Source: an uncultured Pseudomonadota bacterium (lineage in GTDB: Bacteria; Pseudomonadota; Alphaproteobacteria; Rs-D84). Taken from it: DNA of 64,000 nt. Position 1 is the stretch's first letter. Every line of letters begins with the position of its first letter. The DNA lies in contig CADBDF010000003.1 of NCBI GenBank assembly GCA_902793435.1, positions 26,167 through 90,166 of the forward strand, in the 5' to 3' direction. A model generated the notes under the pieces. The model saw only the letters and a program-made list of their open reading frames with translations. It was not told the DNA's origin and did not search any database. This document shows positions 42,637 through 52,782 of this stretch, piece after piece. Made by a program: the position numbers and the translations under genes.

Positions 42637-44955
42637 ATGGGTGATTCAAAAGAATTGTTACAGGATATAAGTTTATTGGGGTTACCAAGCAACGAGGAAA
42701 TTACAAACCTTGTCACAAAAACCTTAGAACGAATTATACAGATAAAAACCGCTATTAAATTTACTGACGATATTGAATCAATTGATGACGCGGTTAAATT
42801 TTTAATCGACACCGACGCTGTGATTTGCGGTCCTGGGAATTTACCATATTCCAACGGACAAAAAAATACCGACTTTGTTTTTATTGCTGATGCAGAACAA
42901 ATATATTCCGTATTAAAAAATTCCGATCCAAAAATTACCAACCATATAAAATTGTTTGATTACAGTTTGAGACATACGGACCATTTTAAAAAAATGCACC
43001 ATGATGCACAAATGGATAACAAATTGGTATTGGAAGATTTTACTTTGATACGCGATAAAATCAATTTTATTTATTCGTTGGCTGCAAATGATATAAATAC
43101 TGTGTCCCAAGACCCCTGGGTAAAATTATCTTACAAAATATTCCAAAAATTTATTTTAACCAAAATAAAAGACATCGAATCACAATCTGGTCCAGAATTA
43201 CAAAATCAAATGATTGATAATTTGATGAATCACACCATTATTTTGGATAAAATATTAAAAGAAAAACATGATTCTTTTTTTGAAGATTTAGGAAAACCAA
43301 GACAAACCATACCTGCAACTTGCAAAGTTTTGTTAAGTGATTGCACATATGCTGATTTGTTTGGCTTAAACAAAGACAAACATTACAAAATTATGCATTC
43401 CATAGATGCTTCAAAATTAAGACAAGATTTTGATTTTTCCACGTTTGATATAAATGGTGATTTTATTTGTATAAATTCCAAAAAAGCAACCATCAAATTT
43501 CCTAAGCAAATTAATGGCGCGTTCGATTTAACAGGTTGCAAATTTACTTTGAATCGTATTCCAAATGGCGCAACAACCGTTAATTTATCACATACAACAA
43601 TTAAAAACTTTATCGATTTACAGACAATCAATTTTCCTGATACAACCACAGAAGTGGTTTTGGATACGGCAATAATAAAAAATATATTAAAGTTATTAGA
43701 AAACAAAAATAATACAGACCCAGAAATTATCGCTTACAAAAAGTTCATCCAAAAACATCCAAAAATACAGGTTGTAAATCATGGACGTAATTTAATTTTA
43801 CAACAAGAATTGGAAAACAAACAAAGCGCATTGCCACAGGTAAAAGATACTACACAAAATGTATCTGTGCCTGCACAGGTAGTAATACCTGAAAAAACAG
43901 ATGATTGGTTGGCACCCGAAGAATTAAAAGAAATATTGTTGGCATTATATCCTGAATTAGAATCTGTTGATGATTTGGACAGACTGATTCAACGCGCACG
44001 CAATTTAAACAGCAAAGTTCAAAAAAGCACAATGAAATACAATGGCATACAGGTTATTTGTGTTCATAAAAATTCTGTTCATCAAGTAATGGAAAATATT
44101 CGCGATATTAATGCAAAAACACCTAAACATATAATACATGTCCAGAAAAAACAATCGGTCGAAAAGGCCGAACCAAAACAGGCAACTGTAAAAAAATTAA
44201 AAGGTATTAAATATAAAAAATATATACCGACATCTGTTTATAAACAAATTAAATCTGCATGTGGCGACAGTATGCAGTTATTTATCTCTGTGTTGGAACG
44301 GATTTCCATGATAAACACAAATTATTCAACAACGCAAAACAATATTCCATTACAATACATTGATAAAGACGGTCAAACACACAACATACCAAATACAACA
44401 CATAAACTTTACAAGGCCGCAACAACATCTATTACAAGTTTGGATAACAGACGAATTGTTTTGACCATCAACCCAGATGATAAAATCATAGTCGCAACGG
44501 CTTTCTTTGCCGACCATGTTAATAACAGCAAAAACGATAAAAAATATAATGACATCGCAATTCCTAATGCGGCATCGGGTTTATTGATGGACGGAAAAAC
44601 ACCTGTGACACGCGATTTAATAAAATCTGGGGATTTTATTGATATTGATGCAAAGTTAAAAGAGTTAAAAGTAAAAGATAATGTCGTTGTTAAAACAACC
44701 GAAGTTATAAAAACAAAAACTATCACAACAACAACTGTTATCACAGAAACCGTTAAACAACATCGCCCACGCAAACGCATAAACGCCGGTTATGTTGATG
44801 TGAAATTAACTGCAAATATTTTAGAAAATGCAATTACAGAAATATACGCACAGTTAGATAAAATATCCAAAACCACAAAAATACAAGGGACAAAAAAAGA
44901 TTTGCGTTTGGCTGCATTGGAAATTGTAAAACACAGATTAGAAAAAGGAATGTAA
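42637..44955 (+). CDS. large hypothetical protein (772 aa)
   Basis: Long uninterrupted ORF with AAGAGG 6 nt before the ATG and a terminator at 44959-44985. Asn/Lys/Ile-rich. No domain recognised. Confidence 0.6.
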   Translation: MGDSKELLQDISLLGLPSNEEITNLVTKTLERIIQIKTAIKFTDDIESIDDAVKFLIDTDAVICGPGNLPYSNGQKNTDFVFIADAEQIYSVLKNSDPKITNHIKLFDYSLRHTDHFKKMHHDAQMDNKLVLEDFTLIRDKINFIYSLAANDINTVSQDPWVKLSYKIFQKFILTKIKDIESQSGPELQNQMIDNLMNHTIILDKILKEKHDSFFEDLGKPRQTIPATCKVLLSDCTYADLFGLNKDKHYKIMHSIDASKLRQDFDFSTFDINGDFICINSKKATIKFPKQINGAFDLTGCKFTLNRIPNGATTVNLSHTTIKNFIDLQTINFPDTTTEVVLDTAIIKNILKLLENKNNTDPEIIAYKKFIQKHPKIQVVNHGRNLILQQELENKQSALPQVKDTTQNVSVPAQVVIPEKTDDWLAPEELKEILLALYPELESVDDLDRLIQRARNLNSKVQKSTMKYNGIQVICVHKNSVHQVMENIRDINAKTPKHIIHVQKKQSVEKAEPKQATVKKLKGIKYKKYIPTSVYKQIKSACGDSMQLFISVLERISMINTNYSTTQNNIPLQYIDKDGQTHNIPNTTHKLYKAATTSITSLDNRRIVLTINPDDKIIVATAFFADHVNNSKNDKKYNDIAIPNAASGLLMDGKTPVTRDLIKSGDFIDIDAKLKELKVKDNVVVKTTEVIKTKTITTTTVITETVKQHRPRKRINAGYVDVKLTANILENAITEIYAQLDKISKTTKIQGTKKDLRLAALEIVKHRLEKGM

Positions 44956-44958
44956 AAA

Positions 44959-44985
44959 ATCGCCCATAACCATGGGCGATTTTTG
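44959..44985. terminator. bidirectional hairpin terminator
   Basis: tcgcccat aacc atgggcga flanked by an A-run and a T-run, between convergent genes. Confidence 0.7.
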
Positions 44986-44998
44986 TTTGGCAAAACAA

Positions 44999-45457
44999 TT
45001 ATTTTTTACGTTTTCTTTTTCGGTTAGATTTTGAATCTTCGGTTTCCCAATCTGTGACTTCTGGAAACATTTCACGCAACAATTCTTTTAACTTTGGGTT
45101 TTTAGATATATAATACCGCACGCCATACAATGATAATATTGTTATATAACGTTCTATGTCATCACGTGTCATTTTTTCAGCCAATTTTTCACGCAGATGC
45201 CCCCACGCATCATGAACCGCCCCACGCGCACGATTAAAAAATCTGTTGCGATACATTGATATAATTGTTTCTATCCACATCCATATCAACGACAATACAC
45301 CTGGAATAACTATACATGCAACAAAATAACGAAACCAATCTTGGCATGCCGTCATTCCAAACATAGATTCGCATGTATATTCACAATGCAATAACATTAC
45401 AGCAATAATTTCATATAAAAAAACAACTGTGATATAAATTTTTGGTTTTAATAACAT
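44999..45457 (-). CDS. hypothetical membrane protein
   Basis: Start set at ATG 45457 (AAAGGA 8 nt upstream); the track start is TTG. Three hydrophobic helices and a charged C-terminal tail. Confidence 0.5.
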   Translation of the reverse strand: MLLKPKIYITVVFLYEIIAVMLLHCEYTCESMFGMTACQDWFRYFVACIVIPGVLSLIWMWIETIISMYRNRFFNRARGAVHDAWGHLREKLAEKMTRDDIERYITILSLYGVRYYISKNPKLKELLREMFPEVTDWETEDSKSNRKRKRKK

Positions 45458-45562
45458 TTGTGTATCCTTTGGTTTATTTGATTTTATTTTGACACAAATG
45501 TTATAAATACGCACCAAGAACAAAAACCTAAACAAAAAAACCGAATTAAATCGGTTTTTTGT

Positions 45563-46330
45563 TTATTCTTTATCAGCCGCACGTGCCGATGTTTCAATTT
45601 GCAACAACTGGTTTTCCAGCGCAGTTCGTTCCGATGATTTATAACCGGTACTGTCATCGGTCCGCGGACTTGATGTTTTTGTGACGGTTGCCTGTGTCAC
45701 ATTTTTATCATCTGGCTTGCGCGGTTCTCCTGTTTTTATATCATTTACAGCCGATACCGCCGGATTAATTAAATTTTTATAAATCTCATCGGCCTGTTTG
45801 GTTCCGGCTATATCACGCGCCAACAATTTATTTTCGGGTCCAGGCACAAACCATGAATCCAATTTTGCGGCTGTCAATTGCATTATTGGACGCGTGCGCG
45901 CGTTTTCCATCCAACGTGGCATACGTGGCATATCCGAAAAATACCACAAAGATACCCAATACACAATTCCCATAACCACGATTCCACGTATTATACCGAA
46001 TATAACCCCCAGTGTATGATCTGTGACGTTCATCATAGATTCTTGGATTTTATCGCGCAGTTTTTGATTCACAAAACTGACCAACAATAATATACAGAAA
46101 AATACCACAAAGTATGACGCAACCAATGTGACAACCGTTGAATCAGGTAATTTAAACCATGATTGAAACATACTGTCCAGCCAAGGCGATGTAAAACGCG
46201 CCGCGATTGCCGCCACAACCCACGACAAAGTCGCAATTGTTTCATATACACCACCGCGAATTGTCGCCCACACAGTTGATGCCAACAACACGATGATATA
46301 GACATAATCTAAACTTGTTAAATCAAACAT
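45563..46330 (-). CDS. cvpA: CvpA (colicin V production) family membrane protein
   Basis: 255 aa. The N-terminus MFDLTSLDYVYIIVLLASTVWATIRGGVYE and four helices are typical of CvpA. Has a hydrophilic C-terminal extension. Confidence 0.7.
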   Translation of the reverse strand: MFDLTSLDYVYIIVLLASTVWATIRGGVYETIATLSWVVAAIAARFTSPWLDSMFQSWFKLPDSTVVTLVASYFVVFFCILLLVSFVNQKLRDKIQESMMNVTDHTLGVIFGIIRGIVVMGIVYWVSLWYFSDMPRMPRWMENARTRPIMQLTAAKLDSWFVPGPENKLLARDIAGTKQADEIYKNLINPAVSAVNDIKTGEPRKPDDKNVTQATVTKTSSPRTDDSTGYKSSERTALENQLLQIETSARAADKE

Positions 46331-46351
46331 AATTTAAAAGCCTTTATCAAT

Positions 46352-46933
46352 TTATTTTCTAGAATTCTTACGTGCTGATGAAATGCTGAATCCAACAATT
46401 ATCAAGCCTAAAACTATCAAAATCCATGATGCTAATTTATTGTCAGATGCATTAGTTTTTTTTTCATCTGTTGCATCATCGCCAGTGGCAGAATATTCCG
46501 TCACCGTCGCAACAGGTGTTGGATGTTCAGCACGATACGCGTCACCATTTTCTGCAATAGATTTTTTCACATCAGCCGCAGATTGTTTTGCCGCATCGTC
46601 CATATCAACCTCTATCGCGGAACGCATATCGTCCGCCATACTTTCTGCGAAGCCCTGGAAACATTTGTCGCCAATTTTTATCACAGGCACGCCACCAGAT
46701 GCAAAATCACATTGTTTTAACACATCAATAAACATCGCACGATGCGCCGGTTCGACCACATTTACAAATGTCACATTGATTGTTGGATATTCATAAATAA
46801 AATTATTTTTTGTGTAATCTTGGGCATGATGACAATGCGGACATGTTGGTGAATAATAAATTGTGATGTCCGCCGCATTTGCCATACCAATAAAACCAAA
46901 AGCCGCAATCGCAGATAAAAATATTTTTTTCAT
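46352..46933 (-). CDS. periplasmic thioredoxin-fold thiol:disulfide oxidoreductase with a C-terminal membrane anchor
   Basis: Start set at the internal ATG (MKKIFLSAIAAFGFIGMANA signal peptide). Has a CPHC active site (YYSPTCPHCHHAQ) and a terminal helix ILIVLGLIIVGF. Confidence 0.6.
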   Translation of the reverse strand: MKKIFLSAIAAFGFIGMANAADITIYYSPTCPHCHHAQDYTKNNFIYEYPTINVTFVNVVEPAHRAMFIDVLKQCDFASGGVPVIKIGDKCFQGFAESMADDMRSAIEVDMDDAAKQSAADVKKSIAENGDAYRAEHPTPVATVTEYSATGDDATDEKKTNASDNKLASWILIVLGLIIVGFSISSARKNSRK

Positions 46934-47026
46934 AAATAATCTCCTTTCATACAAATTTAATGATTTGATTATAGAAAAACATATATATTTTTCGCAAGAT
47001 AATTTTATGAAAATTTGCATTTATTT

Positions 47027-47323
47027 TTATCGCGAATTCATCAAACGAACATCATCAAATTCAGGGTGTCCCGCAAATACATTTAATGTTGATGGACAAA
47101 TAGATAAAATTTTTCTGTGTTGTTCGCGTGCCAAATTTACAACCATACTGACCAACCGAAATTCAATTGGTAATCGTTGATATGCAACATCTATAAAAGT
47201 ATGGTCAATCATCAGTTTATCCAGACCGATTTTTATAAAAGTTATTTCGCCTATATTTTTGCCATTAAACTTCGCACAGAATCCGCACCCGCCTGGCAGA
47301 CTTTCGTATTCAATGTTGTTCAT
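47027..47323 (-). CDS. small GNAT-like N-acetyltransferase (YjdJ type)
   Basis: 98 aa. MIDHTFIDVAYQRLPIEFRLVSMVVNLAREQHRKILSICP fits the short GNAT_acetyltran family. Confidence 0.6.
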   Translation of the reverse strand: MNNIEYESLPGGCGFCAKFNGKNIGEITFIKIGLDKLMIDHTFIDVAYQRLPIEFRLVSMVVNLAREQHRKILSICPSTLNVFAGHPEFDDVRLMNSR

Positions 47324-47391
47324 AGTGTTGCCCTTTGTTTTAACATCACTATAAACAACCGATAATCGTTAATAAATACGATTAAAATCCA

Positions 47392-48315
47392 TTAAATATT
47401 GTTATAATTCTTTTTTATTATACGGCCACTTTGTCGCAATGCCACAGTTTCCATGGACGACAAACGAGGGGTTAAAACCTGTATCGCACCGTCCATACCG
47501 ACAATTGTCGGCAAAGACATCGCCAGGTTTGTTTTCGGCGCACATGTTGATACTGTTAAAATTCTTTTTTCATCGTTGATTATGCAACGCAGTAAATCAT
47601 TTACAGCCGCCGCAATTCCGTCCCATGTTGCACCGCGACCTTGGATTATTTCATACGCGGCCGTTTGCACGCGATGTTCAATTGTGCGACGCGTTGTTTG
47701 TGGTAATGGTAATTTTGTAGATTTACAAAAATCGTTTAATGGAATCGCACCAACACTTACAGATTCCCAATTTACCACAGATGAATCACCATGTTCGCCC
47801 AATACATACGCATTTATCGATAATGGCGACACGTCCAAATGACGCGACAAAATTGTACGCAGGCGTGCAGAATCCAACATTGTACCGGTTCCAATTACAC
47901 GATTTGCCGGCAACCCAGATAATTCGCGTGCCAACATTACCATTACGTCCAAAGGATTGGTGACGACAATTATTTTGACGCGCTTGGGGTCTGTATTTGC
48001 CATGACACGCGGTATAATATCGCGAATAACACTCGCGTTTGCCGATAATAAATCTGTGCGTGTTTGCCCAGGTTTTTGATTTGCCCCTGCGGCAACAATT
48101 ACTATTTCAGAGCCTTTGATTTCACGATAATTACTGGCGGCTGTAATCTTGACATCAAAAGAAAAGACAGATGCATGCCCCAAATCTAATGCTGCGGCTT
48201 GACTTCTTACTGCATCGCGGTCAAACAATACAATTTCATGAACCAAACCTGAATTTTTAATTGCGGTCGCCACAGCCGCACCAACCGTCCCAACACCAAT
48301 AATTGCAACTTTCAT
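47392..48315 (-). CDS. ldh: L-lactate/malate dehydrogenase family enzyme (LDH-like)
   Basis: 307 aa with the Rossmann motif MKVAIIGVGTVGAAVA, plus VVTNPLD and LGEHGDS. Confidence 0.8.
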   Translation of the reverse strand: MKVAIIGVGTVGAAVATAIKNSGLVHEIVLFDRDAVRSQAAALDLGHASVFSFDVKITAASNYREIKGSEIVIVAAGANQKPGQTRTDLLSANASVIRDIIPRVMANTDPKRVKIIVVTNPLDVMVMLARELSGLPANRVIGTGTMLDSARLRTILSRHLDVSPLSINAYVLGEHGDSSVVNWESVSVGAIPLNDFCKSTKLPLPQTTRRTIEHRVQTAAYEIIQGRGATWDGIAAAVNDLLRCIINDEKRILTVSTCAPKTNLAMSLPTIVGMDGAIQVLTPRLSSMETVALRQSGRIIKKNYNNI

Positions 48316-48409
48316 TAAAATCCCCCTATCTCGTTTTTTATTATTATTATATCATATTTCAGTGGGATTTATTTAATAAAAAAACAGGGGATAATTCCCC
48401 TGTGTGTTT

Positions 48410-49846
48410 TTAATATGATTTTGCGACATACACAAATGTTGGGTCATCTTTATCCAAACATCTGCGAGAGATTTTATATTTTTCAATCAAGCCATCAAAT
48501 TCCGCATTTAATGTTAAATCATATTTGATACGGAAAAATCCAGTTGTGCCGCGTTCCAGTTCGCGTTCCAAATCCGCCAATGTTGCAACATCATGCATTT
48601 GTGCATTTTGACGTGCCAATGCACGTTCGTACATTTCAACTTGGATTTTTTTCATTAAATCAGGCGCCATATTCAACAATTCATCAACAGATACAGTTTG
48701 TTTAGAATCTTTGCCCAAATCACGACGGGTAATTGTGACAGTGCCGTTTTCCATTTCGCGACCACCTATTTCGACACGCAACGGCACACCACGTTTAATC
48801 CATTTCCACATTTTGTCAGGGGCGCGCATATCGGTTGTATCAACCAATACACGTAAATCCAACGCACGCAATTTTTCGCCTAATTTTTCAGCGTATTCAT
48901 TTAAAGTGTTTGTGTTTTCTTCACGAACAATTGGTATAATCACAATTTGATACGGTGCAACCGCCGGAGGCAAAACCAAACCGTCATCGTCACTGTGAAT
49001 CATAAACAAACCACCCATCATACGTGTTGATGTTCCCCAAGATGTCGTCCATGCATATTGCAATTTTCCATCGGTTCCTAAATATTTAATATCAAAAGAT
49101 TTTGCAAAATGTTGTCCCAAATCGTGCGATGTACCAGCCTGTAATGCCTTGCCGTCTTGCATAATTTGTTCAACGGTGTATGTGTGGTCGGCACCGGCAA
49201 ATCTTTCCTCGGGTGTTTTTTCCCCGGCAATCACAGGCGCCGCCAAAACATTCTTCATATATTCTGCATAAACGGCATGCATTTTTTTCGCATCAGCATT
49301 TGCTTCTTCGTGGGTTGCAAAAACATTATGACCTTCTTGCCAATTAAATTCCGATGTGCGCAAAAACATACGCGGCCGCATTTCCCAGCGCATAACATTT
49401 ACCCACTGATTCAACTTCATCGGTAAATCACGCCAAGATTGCACCCAACGCGACATAGCCTCGCCAATGATGGTTTCAGATGTTGGACGAATAACATAAG
49501 GGTCTGTTAATTCGGCATCTGGGTCCGGTTGTAATTTACCGTCAATCATTTTCAAACGATAATGTGTGACAACGGCAGCCTCTTTTGCAAAACCGGCAAC
49601 ATGTTCTGCTTCTTTGTTAAAATATGCAATAGGTATCAGCAATGGAAAGTTTGCGTTTTGCACACCATTGGCCTTAATCCGTTTATCCATTTGGTCGCGC
49701 ATCAGTTCCCATATTGCCCAACCATACGGTTTAATTGTCATGCAACCACGCACAGGTGCATTTTCAGCCAAATCGGCTGCAACAATTAAGTTTTGATACC
49801 ATTCGCTAAAATTTTCTTCACGTGTTGGTGTTATTGCTGTTTTCAT
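48410..49846 (-). CDS. proS: proline--tRNA ligase (short archaeal/eukaryote-like type ending in Tyr)
   Basis: 478 aa with class II motifs (FRLRPTSE-like IRPTSET, WEMRPRMFLRTSEFNWQEGH, GTSHDLG). No bacterial INS editing insertion. C-terminus is ...VAKSY. Confidence 0.9.
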   Translation of the reverse strand: MKTAITPTREENFSEWYQNLIVAADLAENAPVRGCMTIKPYGWAIWELMRDQMDKRIKANGVQNANFPLLIPIAYFNKEAEHVAGFAKEAAVVTHYRLKMIDGKLQPDPDAELTDPYVIRPTSETIIGEAMSRWVQSWRDLPMKLNQWVNVMRWEMRPRMFLRTSEFNWQEGHNVFATHEEANADAKKMHAVYAEYMKNVLAAPVIAGEKTPEERFAGADHTYTVEQIMQDGKALQAGTSHDLGQHFAKSFDIKYLGTDGKLQYAWTTSWGTSTRMMGGLFMIHSDDDGLVLPPAVAPYQIVIIPIVREENTNTLNEYAEKLGEKLRALDLRVLVDTTDMRAPDKMWKWIKRGVPLRVEIGGREMENGTVTITRRDLGKDSKQTVSVDELLNMAPDLMKKIQVEMYERALARQNAQMHDVATLADLERELERGTTGFFRIKYDLTLNAEFDGLIEKYKISRRCLDKDDPTFVYVAKSY

Positions 49847-50685
49847 CTCGTTATCTCTTTATCTTTTAATTCCATATATTTGTTCGATACTATTTCATGC
49901 AATTTTGTTGCAATTTCTTTACGATTCATACCAGATACAGAAACGGGTTCCAATGCCCATATATGCACCGTCATTCCACCCAGTTGCGCGATATGAAATA
50001 TTTGACCAAACGCACTGCGTTCGACCTCGCACTTTGGACCCTGGGTCTGTTTCACATTATCAAAGTATGCATAATCGTTTGCCAAAACCTGGTCATTAAC
50101 GCATTTATTGCGACGCGTGCGATATGTAATGACCATCGGTTGAATTGTTAAATTATCAATTTCTTCGACCATATTAAACATTGCAGATTTAAATTCACGA
50201 ACATACGCACCATTGGTGGTTGTTCCTTCGGGGAAAATCACAACGGGATATGATGCAGAATTCATTTGTTTTGTCATTGCATCAATCGCCTCGATGGCAT
50301 GCGATGGACGTCTATCCACAAAAACCACACCGAATTTTTTTGCAATCCAACCAACCAAAGGGTAAGATGCGATATCAATTTTTCCAACAAACGAACAACC
50401 ATACGCCACAGGCATTGTCATTAATTCAAATACAGAAATATGATTACAGATGCACAACAACGGACGGTTTTTCGATAATTTACCATGCCGACGAATACGC
50501 AGACCTGTGGTGGCACTCAAACTCCACATGAAAAAGCGCATATATTTTACAGAAAAACGTCCGCGTGGAATTAAAAAAATTATTGGAACCTGGATTAAAA
50601 CAACAAATACGAATAATATCGCACGAACCAGCGCAATTGCAGTATCAAAAATATTAACCCGACATTTATCCGCCATTATTTTCAT
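49843..50685 (-). CDS. olsA: lysophospholipid / lyso-ornithine-lipid acyltransferase (PlsC family)
   Basis: 280 aa with an N-terminal TM, NHISVFE (variant of HxxxxD) and FPEGTTTNG. Overlaps the upstream OlsB-like gene by 1 nt. The olsA assignment is by context. Confidence 0.6.
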   Translation of the reverse strand: MKIMADKCRVNIFDTAIALVRAILFVFVVLIQVPIIFLIPRGRFSVKYMRFFMWSLSATTGLRIRRHGKLSKNRPLLCICNHISVFELMTMPVAYGCSFVGKIDIASYPLVGWIAKKFGVVFVDRRPSHAIEAIDAMTKQMNSASYPVVIFPEGTTTNGAYVREFKSAMFNMVEEIDNLTIQPMVITYRTRRNKCVNDQVLANDYAYFDNVKQTQGPKCEVERSAFGQIFHIAQLGGMTVHIWALEPVSVSGMNRKEIATKLHEIVSNKYMELKDKEITR

Positions 50686-51656
50686 TATTCTTGCCTTTCG
50701 TCTTCGTCTGTTTTATCTGGGTCTTGGATTAATTCCGCATCAGCCGCATCTTCGCGTAATAAAAATGCAAATACAGAACGCATTACACGCATTGCGCCCT
50801 TGGCAGGTGACGCAATAATTTTACCCAATGTTTGAATAAAGTTAGATGGCAATTCAAAATCTTCGCCTTCGAAACTTTCATTTGTACCAAAGAAATGTTT
50901 TCTGTAAAGTGCGTCCATATCTTTTGTGCGCAACATCACAAATACGTCGTATGAATTAAATGGCTTATCAATAAATACACCACGTCCAAACGTTGCATTT
51001 ATACGCAAATACCCCTTTACCAATGGTGTCATTTGACGACGCGCAATATTCGCATCAACAAAAACCTCGGGCAAGATATTCATGCGTGTCAATTTTGGAT
51101 TTACCCCAGGTACCAATTTTGTTGATTCAACCGTTGCACGCAAACTGAGTGGTGATAAATGATTATAATACAAATATGAAATCGCCTGTGCCGATTCCGC
51201 CGGATTTGTCCCCGTCCATGACGCAACCCCAAACACTATACCGATTTTATGACGCATAATATATTCGCCCAATCCCGCCCATAACAGACGCATAACCAGC
51301 GCATTTTCACGATATTCCGGTGCCACACATGCGCGTGACATTTCCACAATATTTGCACCAGATTTTTTTATTTTTGAAATATCAAATTCGGTTTCTGTAT
51401 AAAATCCGCCCATTTTTTCCGCTGCATCACGGTTGATAATGCGATATGTACCAACAACGCGACCTTCGTGAAAAACGCCCAGATATTCAGCAAATCTGTC
51501 ATAAGAATCATACTCTTCGCGTAAATTTTTTTGTTCTTCGGTTGCAGATGCACCCTCTTCTTCGACAAAAACACGATAACGAAGTGCGCGCACCTGGCGA
51601 CGTTCTTCTTTGGTACGAGTCATACGCACCTCGAAATCACGAACTTTTATACTCAT
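50685..51656 (-). CDS. olsB: OlsB-like N-acyltransferase (hemolysin-like GNAT, Acetyltransf_5 type)
   Basis: 323 aa. RALRYRVFVEEEGA...DSYDRFAEYLGVF...GTYRI and MSRACVAPEYRE are typical of ornithine-lipid OlsB homologues. Confidence 0.65.
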   Translation of the reverse strand: MSIKVRDFEVRMTRTKEERRQVRALRYRVFVEEEGASATEEQKNLREEYDSYDRFAEYLGVFHEGRVVGTYRIINRDAAEKMGGFYTETEFDISKIKKSGANIVEMSRACVAPEYRENALVMRLLWAGLGEYIMRHKIGIVFGVASWTGTNPAESAQAISYLYYNHLSPLSLRATVESTKLVPGVNPKLTRMNILPEVFVDANIARRQMTPLVKGYLRINATFGRGVFIDKPFNSYDVFVMLRTKDMDALYRKHFFGTNESFEGEDFELPSNFIQTLGKIIASPAKGAMRVMRSVFAFLLREDAADAELIQDPDKTDEDERQE

Positions 51657-51721
51657 TTCTGTTTTATCCTTTTATATACTGGGGTTAAGGATAACAAAGA
51701 AAAACCACTATATCAACAGAT

Positions 51722-52756
51722 TTATTTTAATTTACCAGATAATTCACCAATGGCGATTGCATACCAATTTGAATTATTCCACTTTTTGATTCTATAAAAA
51801 TTTGGATATGTTAAATACGCAATGCGAACCATCGTCATATCAATATCTGCATCGGGAGATATTGCATATACCGTATCCGCTTTATCATCCGTATCAGCAA
51901 CTAAGCCAACAACCGTATCATCAGTCATCAAAGGCGTGCCATCAGCATTTAAGACCCCCAAGGTTGCCCAATATGATACAGGATATTTTTTATCGCCATT
52001 TATTAAATCATCGTCTATGTCCGATGGAATTAAAACACGTGTGACAATTTTTTCGTCCGGGCGCCAACCCAATTTATTCAAATAATTCCCCGCACTGAAC
52101 ATTGCATCACTGATATTATTTATTATATCAATTTTTCCGTCACCATTGCCGTCTGCACCATATGATGCCAATGTTGTTGGGATAAATTGAAAATGCCCCA
52201 TTGCACCAGCCCAACTGCCGTAAATACTGTTTATATCCAGATTATTTTTATCTGCAATTTTCATCAATGCCAATAACTGGTTAGTGAAAAATTTTTCACG
52301 ACGCCCGTCATACATTAATGTAAAAAACGCGTCTTTTAATTTATATGCCTTTTTGACAGTTCCATAATTTGATTCCATACCCCAAAACGCCAAAATCACA
52401 TGACGCGGAACACCATATTTTGTTTCGGTTTTTCCCAACAAAGTTGGATATTTACGTGCCATATTTTGACCACTGCGCACACGTTCGGTATTCACCGTTC
52501 GCGACAAATAATCACGCAAAGTTAATTTAAATTCCGATTGATTTTTATCGTTATAAACTATACGCGGAATAAACACAGAATTTTTCAAAGTTGCATCAAT
52601 TGTTGCATTTGAAATACCGTCCGCCATTGCGGTTGCACGTACAGATGATTGTATTGCGTTCCAACGTTCAAAATCAAATTCACCACGCGATGCAAATGCC
52701 ATATTGGACACAACCGAAAACAATGCGCACGAAACCATTACGCCAAAATGTTTCAT
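51722..52756 (-). CDS. lytic murein transglycosylase (MltB/SLT_2 family)
   Basis: 344 aa with a signal peptide, then ILAFWGMESNYG and GAMGHFQFIPTT. Confidence 0.85.
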   Translation of the reverse strand: MKHFGVMVSCALFSVVSNMAFASRGEFDFERWNAIQSSVRATAMADGISNATIDATLKNSVFIPRIVYNDKNQSEFKLTLRDYLSRTVNTERVRSGQNMARKYPTLLGKTETKYGVPRHVILAFWGMESNYGTVKKAYKLKDAFFTLMYDGRREKFFTNQLLALMKIADKNNLDINSIYGSWAGAMGHFQFIPTTLASYGADGNGDGKIDIINNISDAMFSAGNYLNKLGWRPDEKIVTRVLIPSDIDDDLINGDKKYPVSYWATLGVLNADGTPLMTDDTVVGLVADTDDKADTVYAISPDADIDMTMVRIAYLTYPNFYRIKKWNNSNWYAIAIGELSGKLK

Positions 52757-52782
52757 ACCATAACCCCATTATTTTATTAAAT

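Noticed and set aside
42528-45560. A genomic island at tRNA-Thr bounded by a repeat of the tRNA 3' end.
   Set aside because: I found no second copy of the tRNA-Thr 3' sequence (…caactggcacca) downstream, so only the odd gene content is reported.
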